Below, piece by piece: positions 1 through 18,469 of a DNA stretch of 64,000 nucleotides (positions within the stretch are counted from its first letter, which is position 1; each line of letters opens with the position of its first letter). Origin of the DNA: Bugula neritina (lineage: Eukaryota > Animalia > Bryozoa); contig OZ037771.1 in assembly GCA_964035545.1 (NCBI GenBank), forward strand, positions 7,349,190 through 7,413,189, in the 5' to 3' direction. The position numbers and the translations under genes were made by a program. The notes under the pieces are model-generated. The model was not told the origin of the DNA. It saw nothing but the letters and a program-made list of their open reading frames with translations, and made no database searches.

Positions 1-277
1 TCATGCTTTTACAAACTCTTATTCATAAAATCCAATCAAATATAATAAAGATATGCAAAAGTTATTGATAGCTTTATTACATTGTTATGAGGAGGTTTGT
101 TTTTAAAGTATGTAGATACAAACCAGTTTGAGTTTACATCACCGCTATCAATTTAAAGTTTTCAAATGCTTTGACCTTTAAACACCCTTCAAGTTCTCAC
201 GTAAGCTGCCAAACATCGATAACTGCTAATCTGCTTTGAATTATAGATTATAATAAGCACTCGCAGCTGTACTCTAG

Positions 278-285
278 TATATAAA
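278..285 (+). promoter_or_regulatory. Candidate TATA box of the LPMO-like gene
   Basis: TATATAAA about 70 bp upstream of the ATG at 353. Confidence 0.5.
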
Positions 286-352
286 GCTGCGGTGAAGGGC
301 AAGAGAACCCATTCCACTTTTCATCTAGCAGCTGTATACTGCATCTATTAAC

Positions 353-4256
<3,904 letters not shown>

Positions 4257-5105
4257 TCTGCACTCCAAATGTATTCATCTTGCATTCCAGCATCTAGCAT
4301 CTTCTCTTTTACACACTAACATAATGCATTTTATAAAAATGCAACCCTAATTGAAATGATCACGTTATGATAATTATTATAGCAACTTTTCTAACGCCAG
4401 TTTGAGTTTACTAATTCAAATAAAGTTTGTCATTTTGAGAGCAGCAGAACCAAATGTTTTTTTCTTTAAAGTCACTAATAGCAAAATCGTATTAGCTAGT
4501 AGAATGGGTAGACATGGGTTGAGTTTCCTTTTATTTCACGCACACAATAAGGAAGAACTGATACTATAATCAAAGTGCTAACATGGAAAATTATGTACCA
4601 TAATTTAGTAGATCAAGAAATATCTAGATATAACTTTGTTGAGTAGTTGAGTCAGCAAAGATGCCTGCTAGCAAATGTTGAGTCATTCAATAATATACAG
4701 TGTGTAGGGCTTAGTCAGCACTACTCATCTATATATTGAGAAAATCACGAAGTCTAGTCGGGCATCTTGTAAGTTTATTGAAGCAAAAATAAATGCTTAG
4801 CTCATATGAAGAATATCTACCAAAATAAAAAAGGGAAAATTACTAGAATTTTAAAATTGATACCAACATTCTACACGGTTATAATCGAAATACATACTAA
4901 ATTATTATGGTGCAATCAAAGCAAGCGGTCACCATGAATGGCAATTAATTAACTAACAGATTTATGTACACCGTCACTGGCAGCTGTTTTGCTGCCACAC
5001 TACTCTAGATTTAAATAACAACTGTTAGTAGAAACGTGTTGCACACATCACACTATCCTTGTTATCAAAGAGTGCGTTACATGTACCAATATCTCTGGGA
5101 TAGAT

Positions 5106-7974
5106 CTAGCTAATTAGGTGGTCAGTAGCTCTTTGAATATTCCAATCACATGTTGAAAGAGCAACTCTAGCTTTGTGCTAAAATAATTGAAAATATAAAT
5201 GAATTACAAGACAGATAAAATGGCTGAAGTTGTTATTTGTACGACAGCCATATATACAATTTAACAAGAACAAACTATCACATTAATAAACTTTTAGCAA
5301 CACCACTATAGTTCAAAGTACATAATCCTTGTCATCATAAATAAAACCAGCTTTATTAGACATGCTTACCCCTCCCTATCCACCCCGCCCCCCCCCTTAC
5401 TCCAGTGTATGCCCATGAAAGTCTAACCATCAAAACTATGTTTATCAACTGCAAATTTATACTAACTTCTTCAAACCCCATTCCTCGGAGCTGAGATACT
5501 TTTGCTTCTAATTCAGCTTCTCGGTGAGGGCCTACAGTACAGATATAGAATGTGATAGTAGTTATATAGAACGTATATTAGATATATAGAACATGATGGT
5601 AGGTATATAGAACATGATAGAAGATATATAGAACATGATGGTAGGTATATAGAACATGATAGCAGATATATAGAACATGATAGTAGTTATATAAAACGTA
5701 TATTAGATATATAGAACATGATGGTAGACATATAGAACAAGATAGCAGATATATAAAACATGATAGCAGTTATATAGAATGTGATAGTAGATATATAGAA
5801 TGCGATAGTATATATATATATATATATAGAATATGACAGTAGATTTATAGAACCTGATAGAAGATATGTATAATGTGATATTAGATATATAGAATGCAAA
5901 TAATAAAAATCATAATGCCTATAATGATGCTCAAAATTGCACACAATTCCAAGGGAAATATCTAACAAAACTGAAATATTGCCTACACTTTAAAGCTTGT
6001 CGTTTAGGAAACAATAGTTTGCATTTTTATCCTACTCCATACAACAAAATGAGTTTAGCGGTAAGGCTCTACTTAGACTTAGCAACAACACAAGGTCTCC
6101 AAAGAACAAAAAAATAAATTGGATTATAGCAACCAGCAACTGCCTACCTTTTGCATAGATGTAAGTCCAGTGCTTGGCCGTCTGACGGAATACAGACTGT
6201 TGCTCTTTGTACTGTCGAGCCACGACAGCGTCTTGTGGGTCATCAGGCTCGGCAGCAGACAGAAGAGCTTGCAGAGACAAAAGGACTGTGCGCAGTGTCA
6301 TAGCAGCTGCCCTGTGAATAACAACAGTGTTAGAATAACAATACGCTGTTCTCATTGGTTAAAAACACAAGATCTAATAGCTTGGAATATTTATAATCCA
6401 AGACTAGCACATGGTATGACAACCTCCAACATACACTTACAATAAATTTCTTGGTAGAAATAAATTAATCATTTTGCAGTTATTAAAAGTTACGTTTAAA
6501 ATAAATATTTGTGACAAAAAGGCTTTGATCACAAATATATTCAATAATTTCATATTAGTGAAGTCATCTTGAACTAATATCAGAAAAAGAATTCTTATAA
6601 CAAAAAATAACTAAAACATATATAATGCTTTACCAAGCAGCAAGACCTCCTTAACATTTTAAGAGGTCTTTACACTATGAGAAAAGATGAGACCTTAAAA
6701 CAAAATTAAAATGTCAATATTAAATAGAAAATGTTTTTTCCATGTAGCTGACAGAAATACATCTTAAAGCAAGAAAAGACACAGCCAACTGGGTAGAAAA
6801 CCTTTCTATGCAGTGAACATTTCATGTTGACAAGTGGGAAAACTCCAGTACTTAGTATCATTTATTTATCTATTGAGCAACTGTTTCATGAAGAAGACAA
6901 CTCTTATAATATAAGAAAATTTAATAAAAGCTGCCAATTGGAAACAATTAATTGAGATTTAAATGTCTCACCATTGATCTTTCAGGATATCTAAACAAAT
7001 GGCTCCTGTAACTGAACTAATGTTAGGATGCCAGATCTTTGTGATAAACTTCACCTGCAAAGAGAGAGAACCAGCAGCCTCTGTGATACAACTATTTACT
7101 TCAGCACATAACATACACAGATGTGTGACTCGTAACACATGACAACTAAAGGTAAGTAGTAAGTCAGCCTAGGGATATTCTTGTACAGGAAGCAATGAGT
7201 TCCTAGAGGTATGAAAAAAATTGCGGTAGAAAATTTCAAGTGAATGGCTCCGTTGAAGATCTCCACTGTGAAAAGTAAAACAGTGCAACTCAAGTTCTGT
7301 TTGTACAGGAACTACAATGTATAATAAATTTGGAAGGAATCGTGAGTTGAGGTCACCTTTGGAGGGTTGAAAGGGTAGGTTTCTGGAATAACAATGTCTA
7401 GTTGAAAAACTCCGCCATCGTAGGGCGTGTCTGGGGGGCCGGCAATCTCGCCTTTCAGCTCTGTGTATTCGTCATTCTTGAGTTCTAACTTTATATGACA
7501 CTTAGCAACCTGAATAGGAAATTGTAAAGATTTATAAATTCTCAATAAAAATCGACAAGCAATGACATCATCAGTGAAAAGTAAAAATAGCTTCATTGTG
7601 AAAGAGGATTGTACTTTTTCAACAGAATAGTTGCTTCATTTTCCAGTCTCTACTATTTTCTGTTTCAAAAACAGTTTTCTAAGAGAAATCGTGACATAAT
7701 TACTGAATAAAATCATTCTAATTTGCAGAATGTTCAAAACTTAACCAAAAATATATTGGAAAGTACTGTTTTTTCAAAATGTATGCATGTATTTCTGAAA
7801 ATGCACCAGAACAACAGTTGGGTTATCACCATCTTGATCAATAAGCCATTAAAAGATACACATCACACAGAGTTATATTGAATCTTTTGGTTTTATGGAA
7901 TACTAGCTCACCTCTTCACTTTTGATGACTTCTCTAAACTCTCTCTGAATTCTTTGAGCAGCTATATTTGCCAT
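5106..7974 (-). CDS. UBE2K: Ubiquitin-conjugating enzyme E2 K (E2-25K/HIP2), 199 aa, 6 exons
   Basis: Exons 7912-7974, 7357-7509, 6972-7054, 6148-6311, 5467-5531 and 5106-5177 (600 nt). [16 protein letters not shown]..., [31 protein letters not shown] (HPN motif and catalytic Cys), [12 protein letters not shown], and a C-terminal UBA domain (LRGMGFEE...[10 protein letters not shown]). Confidence 0.97.
5541..5892. repeat. Minisatellite, about 21-bp unit (agatatatagaacatgatagt)
   Basis: Imperfect tandem copies inside a UBE2K intron. Confidence 0.9.
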
Positions 7975-9739
7975 GATTTTATATGTTATTAGTTAATCGT
8001 TCCAAACAGAATAGCACTGGCAAGTAAGTACTATGTCCACATGAAGTGCTTAAATCTAAAAAGAACAATAAAATAGAGAATATTTGGCAATTTCATCACC
8101 CAGAAACATATTTCTTGATTCAGTTTAATCAAACTCAATTATTACATTGTTGTTTTGGGTCACATTTGTAAATTATAAGTTTGAATATGATTTTTTTTAT
8201 ATTAGCTTAGTAATATGGGAACTAAAGTTAACAGAAAGCGCATCTATTTTATGGATAGCGTGTGTCAGACTAAGAATAACAATTGAATATGGTTTATCGG
8301 GTATAAAGCAAGAGACAAACCTTATTCTCAATGTTTTTAAATCTAATCTAAAAATGCAGCTATCCTATCAGCCTATAGGCCTTATTCTTGTAATATAGCA
8401 GTTTTAGATGTAATAAATTGATTTATTCTTGGCCTTAGTCTGCACCCTAAATTATTAACAGCAAAGTAAATGCTTTACTGCCACCATCCAACATTGAGAT
8501 CGACGAAAATCAGTTAGTTTGCAAAGTAGAGCACAGTCAAGTGAACTCAAACTATTGTGAACAAAAATGCCACATTTTACAAATCATTAAGAATAAGTTT
8601 GTATTTGTATTTTTAGTAGGCCTACTAGAGGGGCAGAAGCTGCACACATTTCTCAGATACAAATCATTGTTTGAGTATTGTAAGCTTTTAGGAAGTAATT
8701 TCCTACTCCATAATATATTATAACTCATTTTCCCATGACTTAAATTCATTAAGAAACCAAAGGAAAATATATCTGTATATATATCTATATAAAATTTTAT
8801 TACATTAGAAAATACAGCGGCTTGTGTTTCTTCCATAAAAAAACGTATAGAAAAAGCTGTATTTGCCTACATTTATTTTATATACATTTAATATAAAAAC
8901 TTTTTTTTACTAAGCAAAACCAACAAGGTATAAAAATTTTGACAGAAGCATCTGAAACTACTTCATAGATCAATAAAAAACAACATTTATCTATATCCCT
9001 AAACAAATTCCGTTGATGAAATAGGTTTAATCTTTAGCATATTATTAATTACACTTTATCTAAAACATATTTGTAATAAACAAATTTAGTAGTAAAATAT
9101 AAAACTACAAAACTATTTGTAATTTCATTAGTAATTTAATTTTTACAGCAAGAATTTATAAGTTTTTTGTATTTACTTTTACTAGACGACTTCTATTTAG
9201 ACAACTTTATTTAAAAAAAACATTAAGAATTAAAAAAATATTTGATGTCATGTTGTATTTATTTTGGTTTCATGTGAATCCATGCGCATAATGACGTAAG
9301 CCATTGCTCTAACAGTTTACTGAAGCCATATCCATAAGATGCAAAATTTTTGAAATAACAATATAATAAATATAATATAATTTTTATGACTATTCCTCTA
9401 CATCATAATTATTTATTCAATTTAAAAGCCAAATATATTTACATATCATCTGCACATATATTTGATAGCAATATTTGGGGTCATCTAACTTGAATTTGGT
9501 CGTCTAACTGGGGGTCGTTTATTAGGAATGACACCGCTAATGTTTTAAAATTTTGTTTTCATCTAAAAGCTAACGCGCTATTAATTATTTATTCATAATT
9601 AAACTGACACTCTAAATTAAATACAACAATAATTCAATTTAACCATGTAATTAGAAGTACCATTGATGTAAGTATTTTCAAGTGGAAGATTTCTACTTAA
9701 TATAGCGTGCATGTTATAAAAAAAAATATTGATAAAATG

Positions 9740-10640
9740 AACTAATAGTAATAACATAAAATAATTATTAATAATAGGCCTAATTACTAACAATAACATA
9801 AACATTACCGTTATGGTTATCATCATTGTGATAATGGTCATTGACAGATTATGATATTGATAGCCATGCCCATACTCATAAGACATAGTGTTCATAATTA
9901 CAATTCTATAATAAATATAATTATGAGTAACTACTATAACTGATTAGCTGTAAAAACTGCTATCATTTATAAGTGTAGCTACAATCATTATGATTATGAG
10001 CACGATTACCATCAGTATGAGTATGAGACTATGATTATAATCATAATGATTTTCAATATTACTATTACTGTTAGTCATGAAATAAATTATCATTCATTAT
10101 TATTATCACCATCAGATTATTATTGTAAATGTAATTATTATAAATATATTTTAATTTATTAATATTAATACTAATAGTCATTATGATTTTAATAGAATAT
10201 AAACTAATACTAATACTAATAGTAATACTAATAATAATAAATATAATTGTTAGCCTGGCTATGACCATCACCCATGACCATTGCCTTGAGCTAGGTCTTT
10301 GATTTACAACTACCAATACTAATAATAATACTAATAGTGATAATTTATTAGTAATACTAATAGTAATACTAATACTTTTACTTTTAGTGATTACTGATTA
10401 GTGACTGTGAGTCTGATTACACATTAGCAGCGTTGCCATTGGACTTGGTCTTACAATTACTGGTTTTCAAATTGATAAACTAAGAGTAATTCCGACCAGC
10501 GTCTACGATAGTCGCTGTAGATAAGACTAAGTTACTAAACTAGAGTTACACTTTGACTTTAACTTAGTCTTACAGTTACAGTTACTGGTTAGTGTTACTG
10601 TCAGATTTAGTATTTCAATTTCAATTTGAATTAGCTCAGT
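9740..10640. repeat. Degenerate 3/6-nt-periodic low-complexity tract
   Basis: ATT/AAT/ACT-derived periodic sequence with no credible coding frame. Confidence 0.6.
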
Positions 10641-11281
10641 CACGTTTTCTTGCTTTAGTCAGCGAAAAATTTTACATTTGAACAATTGCAAATGAAATTT
10701 CCAACTTGATGTAAATTTATCATTTAATAAGCGAAATGTGTTTTATATTAGTAGTACTATGTAGTAACCAATTTCACAATAACTATAAGATGCAAAATTC
10801 TGGGGTTCCTAGGTTAGCGATTGGGAACTACTATTTTATTCGGAAATGCTACTACTGCGTCGGCAATGTACATCCACAGCTAGTTTTTTTAAAATAATAT
10901 TGTTGAAATAGTTACTCAAATGTAATTTTAAAATTTTATTAACAATAGTTAAATTTATTTAACAAAACTTTTTAAAATTGCTGTGGTATTGCGAGTTGTC
11001 TTCTCTTGAAATGTAGTGCCTGGAGAAAAATAACTGAGTGCGTTGTAACAACTTAAAAAATAATTGATGGTACAAATATCATAGGGCATAGACTGAGTCT
11101 GTCATCCAGGCTTTTACTATGACACAAATCATAGACATTGAAATCAATCAGATAAGAATGGTAAAATAATCATTTCATTACCGCTAAAATATATAGGTAA
11201 CTAATTAATTGCATCACTGTTTCTATGGCAGAAAATTCTAGTTGTGTGATTATACCATTATTTATAAAAAAAACTCACACA

Positions 11282-11490
11282 AGTTTATAGCCACCATCCT
11301 TGCGAGAAACTCGGATGAAAAATTATTTTTCTGTAAATTGGGCTAATTTGACCTATTCAGATGGGGCACAGAAGCAATAATTATGACTGGATATACTCTT
11401 CATAACATTACCAATGGCCTCTACTGGGGTTCGAACACATGACTTTGTGTTTACTAAGCATGAGCTTTAACCCCTAGACCACGGTTGCTC
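11282..11490 (-). mobile_element. tRNA-derived SINE copy
   Basis: The reverse strand has an A box (TGGTCTAGGGG) and B box (GTTCGAACC), followed by the shared SINE body. Confidence 0.85.
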
Positions 11491-12074
11491 CTTCTATTAC
11501 TATTTATATATATTCTTATATATCATTAAAACATATACATTTTAAACGCTGAACTAAAAATTTGATCTTATAATATATATTTTATTATAATATTAATATA
11601 TCTACATGGCAATAAAACTGTTGCGACTAGTTTAAATAACAAATGGCTGTCACTAAGTACTGATAGCCTGTAAAACAATCATTAACTCTTAAATATTATG
11701 ATGCTATTGACAGTATTGATTAATTAGTTTTTACAGTTATTTAGAAGTTCTATAAAATGAGACCTCTTCTTATTTTATATAGAGATTCTGTTATATATGA
11801 GATTCAGCTTAAATTAAATAATAAAGTACATGAAAATCGAGTTTTGAAGAGACAATAAAATTATTATAAATTAGTATGTTTTTGATAGCTAAAAACAGCA
11901 ACTATCAAAATAAGAACATGTATGTTCAGGATAGAAAATCTAGCAAAATATTGCAGTTGTGTACGATAAAAAAATATATCATCTATAAACTATTTTTAAG
12001 TTTAAAAAAATGCTAGCATCACAAAGTATTTGATAAGTAAAATTCTATTGCTGATCTTCAAATTTCATTTTGAT

Positions 12075-12282
12075 ATGTGTGTACATGTGTGTGTGTGCGT
12101 GTGTCTGTGCGCATGTGTGTGCGTGCGTGTGTGTGCGCATGTGTGTGCGCGCACGTGTGTGTGTGTGTGTGCGTGTGCGTGTGCGTGTGCGTGTGCGTGT
12201 GCGTGTGCGTGTGCGTGTGCGTGTGCGTGTGTGTGTGTGTGTGTGCGAGTGAGTATACGTGTGTGTATGTATGTATATATGT
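12075..12282. repeat. (TG)n/(GTGTGC)n compound microsatellite
   Basis: Directly visible. Confidence 0.95.
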
Positions 12283-12349
12283 AGTAAAACCTGATTTAAA
12301 TATAAAAGATTTTATGAATGACAAATTTTGTCAAAATAAATAAGTTAAT

Positions 12350-15300
12350 CTACAAAACATGTAAGTTTCCTAAGGAGTCATAGGAAGGGAGTGACTCAGT
12401 CACATCATGTGACACAGCGACTGGTGTCACACTGGAGACACCCTCTGTGACTGTAACGACAGATTCATAAGATGGTACAGCATGGATATCTGAAGAACCA
12501 ATGACTCGTCTAGGCCTTTCTGCTCTACTCGCTAAAACAAACAGTAAACATTTTTTCACCGCTGAGCTCTACCTCAATATAGAAAACAATCACGATTAGT
12601 CTAATGACATATTATATGTATGGTGTTTTCAAGTGTAATATTTCTTAATGATAATACTCAACTTCTTTGACTTTATACTTATTCTGATAAGTTGCCATGT
12701 TTAAAAGATTCATATTTGTTTAAGTTTGCCCTTAATATGATTTGACAAACATTACTCAGAAATTTAGGCAATCTGGTTACCATAGACTAAATTATGTGTA
12801 TTGGTAATTCTAATAAAGTCTTTGGGAAGCAAGGCTTTCCACTAATAAAATTCTATTCCCTTACACAGTCGAACTGTTTATGCACTATGTGTTGAGTGAA
12901 TGAAATGAGTATTAATGTTCTATGGTAGCTAGCAAGGTATTAGCATCGCGTTAATTAAGTATCAGTAAAGTACCATCAAGGGGTCAGCATGGTATCACCA
13001 AGGTGTCAACATGGTATCAGTGAGACGCCAGCATGGTTTCAGTAAGGTTCCAGCATGATTTCAGTATGGTGTCAGCAAGGTGTCAGTATGGTGTCAGCAA
13101 GGTGTCAGTATGGTGTCAGCAAGGTGTCAGTATGGTGTCAGCAAGGTGTCAGTGTGGTGTCGGTGAGGCATCAACAAGATGTCAGCAAATAACAGAATAT
13201 TTATATGAATCAAGTATGTACTAGTTGCATGTGCTTATTTTTGACATTATTGCTTCAAAGGAACCCATTTTAAATTAAACATTGCAGTTGCATGGAACTA
13301 ATTATTTCATCATCTAATAAAAAACTATAATTGAGTTATCTTTCAAAGAATATACAAATATTTAAATTACAATTTTATGCACCTAAATTTCAAGTTATCA
13401 AATTTTATCAGTTTATAATCAAACTTATGACTATGACAATGAAAAGTGCTAATTACAAAGTCTAAATACTGCAATGTGCTCACGACATATTTATTAGATA
13501 TCTAGCATTATTGCATAATATAAATAAAGTTTTTTAACTTTAATATTTTAGATTGAGTTTCATGCGTAAGATAAAGTACTACACCTACAAGTGACGTGTG
13601 CTACTCGTATCAACTCCGGCTCTCTTGGATTGGTACAGGATGCAGCTACATGGTTTACCTGTATGCAAACACAACATGTATGTAGTAATATTACAAATTA
13701 TAGCTACAGTTAACAGATATAGTTTTATTCCTAGTTTCATATTAGTATTCAAAATTCTTACAATGTTTATTGTAGGAAAATTTCAGAGTCAAGATAAGCA
13801 CGTATCTATTATAATAGCCTTGTTCACAGACTAACTTCATGTTCACAGGCTATAGTAATATTATGTTCATGTGCTAGCATATATTACTATAGATAGTACA
13901 TATTATAGATAGTACATATTATAGATAGTACATACTATAGATATTACATATTATAGATAGTACATATTATAGATAGTACATATTATAGATAGTACATATT
14001 ATAGATAGTACATATTATAGATAGTACATATTATAGATAGTACATATTATAAATAGAACATATTATAGATAGTACATATTACATAAATATAGTACACAAC
14101 ATATAATATAATAAACATTATAGATACTGCATGTGCCAGCTGATGCTTTGGTTATTTACACTCTCAGAAACAATTAGTATAGAAACTATAGTATGTTTAA
14201 CCAGTGTATTAATGCGAACCTCTCTACTTGATCTGTTCAAGACTACCATAGAAGTCCCTACTGTGACAATAGTTAGTACCAACTCAGCCAGAGGTATAAT
14301 GGTAAGCATCACGTCACTTGCCACTAGCACATTTCTAGTCTACAAAATCAGTTTTATATATTATGTACATTCTGCTGATGAATATAAGCATAGACAGGGT
14401 GTTTTGTGACAGCGAATATGCAGTAAATGAATGTTTTTATAAATTGTTTATGCTAATAGAAAAACGCATTTTAATAATATAATTTTCAGGCGTTTTACTT
14501 CGCATTGTATCAGGGTCATTTTACTTAATTTAGTACACACTGGACATCTTCAGTTTTTGGCTATTTTTCACAATTTAGCTGGTAATGAACATGGTTTTTT
14601 GGCCAAAACTAGTAAAACACCAATAAATACACCTAAATAATCAAAGTTCTTTTTAATTTTGCTTCATTTCCCATGTTTTTCCCTAATTATTCAGCTAGTT
14701 TTGGTTACGGACCGTTACGGTTTTTTCGTAACGGTCCGCACATATAGAATATTAAGTGCATATGACAATGACTTGCCCTTTAATGTTGGGGAATCCCCTC
14801 CCAGCCTTTTCTGTTATGCATAGTTAAAACCAGCACATAAAAATACCATGTATAGTAAATTTCAATTGATTTTGAGCAAACTTTAATGTTAGGTCATAAG
14901 TTGCTGGTGTGTACTAAATGAAGTAAACTGACTCATCAAACTAAAATTTACAGAGTCAAGATAGTATGTAAAAAAATTTATTGACAATCCGATGGGGTGT
15001 ATAATTTGACCATAATGTTGAATTCCTGAATAGAAAATCATATATTTCTTTGTAAATGATTTTAATAATACTGAAATTTTAATAATTTTCTCAATTGATA
15101 TTAATATAATACCATGGAAATTTCCCAGAGCTTATTTTCATGTCTATTTCAATAAATCAAAGGAGATGCAATTTATTTAAAGCTCTCTTTTTTGCTGGAA
15201 AAATTTTGATTTCAAACCAGAAGCTAAAAAATGAGTATAATTATATAGTTTGGATTCGTTGGAAATTTTTGATGATAAGTTTATTCCATTATTATAAAAT

Positions 15301-17486
15301 GAAAGTTACGAAGAATAGAATTTTACTCACAACACATTGTGTATAGTTAGCTGCTCCATAGTACGATTTCAGAGGGCAATGCTGGTTTGTGTTTACCAAA
15401 GATATTAGGGAGATTACCATTAGTTGAATTGCCATCAATGATCCAATAACATTCATCACAGAAGATACGATAATCTGTATAATTTTTAAGAAAAATATTA
15501 TATTATTGTAAAGTAGCAAGCATATATTATTATTCTTTTAACCTAAGGATTTATGCCACTTGAAAAATAAACTTTTCAGAAATTTCCCATAATGCATGAT
15601 TCTGATCTTGTATCAGTTACTAATAGAATATTATATCCAAGATGTCAAATTACTCACCTTGGAGGAAGAACTCTTGCAAGCCGTCACCCAGACTAGAGCT
15701 CCCATGAGTATAAAATATACTCCTGTCCAAATACCAGATCCAATTTCTCCATTGAAGCTAAACTTTAAACTGGTTATTTTTCGGTTTAAGACAACTGCGA
15801 TAATCCCAAAGATAATGCAGCCAATTCCTAATACTAGTTGAGTAAACCCAATTCTAAAATCAAAAAATTTTAATATTATTACTCATGATTGTATGCGCAG
15901 ATATATAAAATTTTATCTTTGTAAAAACAGCTGATACATGATAAGGAATTTTAGGTTGATTGAAGACTGTGCATCTATCCATATTGATAGCATGGTATTA
16001 GGGTCATTGAAGTTTCCCCGAAGCAGATATAAACTGTAACTACATTAGGAACTTACTCTTTTTTACATCACAAACAACTCTGCCATGATTTTAGTTCATT
16101 ACCTATAGTTCATATCACATATGTACTATTGGCCATGCAATGCTGCTTTTTTACCTATTGTTGTATGTATTTTCCCAATATTAACATAACATCTATTATA
16201 GCCAAGTGCAGTATTTTGGACAAACTGGTTTGTGTTTCTAAATTAGTTTGAATGATAGCTTATGTTAAATATCAGATATTTTAGAATTATGCAGTAGTTA
16301 TTGCCATACAAATTCGTAGACCTGTGAAAGCATTCTCAATTAAACAAAGAAACTATTGAATGCACCCACCTGCAAAGGAGACTTTTTTGAAGCTTACTAT
16401 ACATTTTTCTTTGGTTTTCATTATTTCTGTCCTATAAAATTTAATTTCAAGCACTGATTGTAAAATAGCAATACACGTTAACAAATGATGAATTTTATTT
16501 TAGTTGAATTGGCAAATCATTGGGTTATTCTAACAGTCATCTTGAGCATTTAGACACAAATAAAAAATACTCACTGATATAACGATAGCTTTTCCACTCA
16601 AAGCCTTTGTTGAGACTACTACGACACTAACACTGAGGAGTAACATGCATATCCCTAGTAATGTTAGGACCACATCTAGTGCCAGCAAATCATTCCTGAG
16701 CTGTAAAAATGCCAAACTCAATATAAATAAGTAAATAATAAAACACACTATAATAAAATAATACATACGTACAAATGATGACAACACATAAATAGGTTAA
16801 CTCAATATGTATTATTAGCTATAAGCATACTAAATCTGAACAATTTAAATGTAGATTGGACTAATCTACGTTAACGCAATAACTTAACTAAGAGTAGCAA
16901 TATTATATTTCTGTGGTTAGGCTGGTAGGCAAGCCTGGAGTTTACAAAAGCTAATTAATCTTAAGTCTTTCCTATTTTAGTATCAATAGGATAATAAACA
17001 TAAACGATATCCTACAACAGAAATATTTGCCTTCATATAAACAAAAGTGAAGGGGCAGACAGTTATTGCGCTGTAAGACGATATTTTGTTGGAGTTACTT
17101 ACTCTGCATTCAGTTGATATGTTTCTGCTAGTACCAAATGTAGGGCAGGGTAAGTTTGTTTGTAATAGAGAGTAGATAGATGAGCTAACTTGGCCAGCAG
17201 ATAGAACTGTCAGTAATAAACTCAGGGTCATGTGGGAAATAATCTATACAACAGAAATCATTCATAACAAATATAGAAAGTCTTATACTGGCAACGATGA
17301 TCTACACATAAGTGCACTTACAAACTAAATATCCTTTACTTGTAAAGTGAATTCACAAAATGTGGCTATCAGTTTTTATAACATAGCTTGTCATATTTAC
17401 AACAAGATGCAAAATATAGAACTACCGTCTTTGTATAAAACACTAACTCTAGGATAATGTTTTATATCTTGGTTTTGTCTTTAATG

Positions 17487-17583
<97 letters not shown>

Positions 17584-18469
17584 TGCGTGCGTGCGTGCGT
17601 GCGTCTCAAATATGAGACACAAAAACAGGAAGAGTATATTTTGTGATATTGTATATGCTTATTGTCATATAGATCTTTTTGTTTATTATCTCCCCTGTAC
17701 AACATCTCAAACTTACTCTGATAAAGGTGTTTGTGTTTGCAGCTGTGACTCCCACAGCACCTGTAGCTATGCAGATGACCCCACACCATATTCCCGTGCC
17801 TATATATCCATTTAGGCTGTAGTATATTATGTCCGGGCTGTTTAAAGCACATGTAGCTATTCCAATTGCCACTGATAGAAGTCCTAACACAATCTTTGTA
17901 ATAGATAAACTGCAATAAAAAAACTGTTAGAAAATAAAAAATACTAATTTTTTGTGTATAAATTTATTTTCAATGCTAAAAAACACAAAATCTTATAGCA
18001 AACAACTCACAACTTAGTGTTTTAAAATAAAAAATCAGGCAAAATTGTATTTTTCTTTTCTTAAAGCATTTGCTCCCAACAAAGTTTTTTGGCTACAAAA
18101 TACACTAATCATCTCCCAAAATCAAATGCGAACCTACAACTAAAAGCTCAAGCTAAGCTAAAACCTTCATTTCTACACTTGATGAAATTAATCATTACTA
18201 TTTATGCTACAACTATTTTATTGAGAAAGTAGTTAGGTTAAATCAATGAGTAGTTAAACTTCTATGTCTGATAATTTTTTGTATATATGGTTTGAATATT
18301 GAAATCTATAATAAGCTAGTTTTTAAACACTTAGGCCTATATTTAATTTATTTTGATTCAATCTTAATATTTTCTTTAAAAAGCTCTAGTCAAATATAAT
18401 ACAGACTTACTTTGCAATCAGCATACACTGCTTTTCTGAGTAATAGACCACAGTTGTAGCCCCACTCAT
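12350..18469 (-). CDS. Tandem double CD20/MS4A-like membrane protein (2 x 4 TM), about 430 aa, 10 exons
   Basis: Exons 18411-18469, 17717-17909, 17103-17243, 16575-16700, 16370-16431, 15658-15853, 15331-15474, 14220-14339, 13589-13658 and 12350-12531 join in phase (1293 nt). Two GxGIWxG motifs (GTGIWCG, GSGIWTG), two extracellular Cys pairs, and a tail with VPSY and LPSY motifs. Confidence 0.75.
12960..13186. repeat. Minisatellite, 22-bp unit (ggtgtcagcaaggtgtcagtat) built from 11-bp subunits
   Basis: Tandem copies that become more degenerate towards the left. Confidence 0.85.
13887..14080. repeat. Minisatellite, 16-bp unit (atagatagtacatatt)
   Basis: About 12 near-perfect tandem copies. 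Confidence 0.95.
14513..14934. mobile_element. Non-autonomous DNA transposon (MITE), Sola2-like termini
   Basis: TIRs GGGTCATTTTACTTAATTTAGTACACAC / GTGTGTACTAAATGAAGTAAACTGACTC; 4-bp TSD ATCA on both sides; a related copy lies at 44697-45010. Confidence 0.8.
17490..17604. repeat. (TA)n + (GCGT)n microsatellite
   Basis: Directly visible. Confidence 0.95.
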
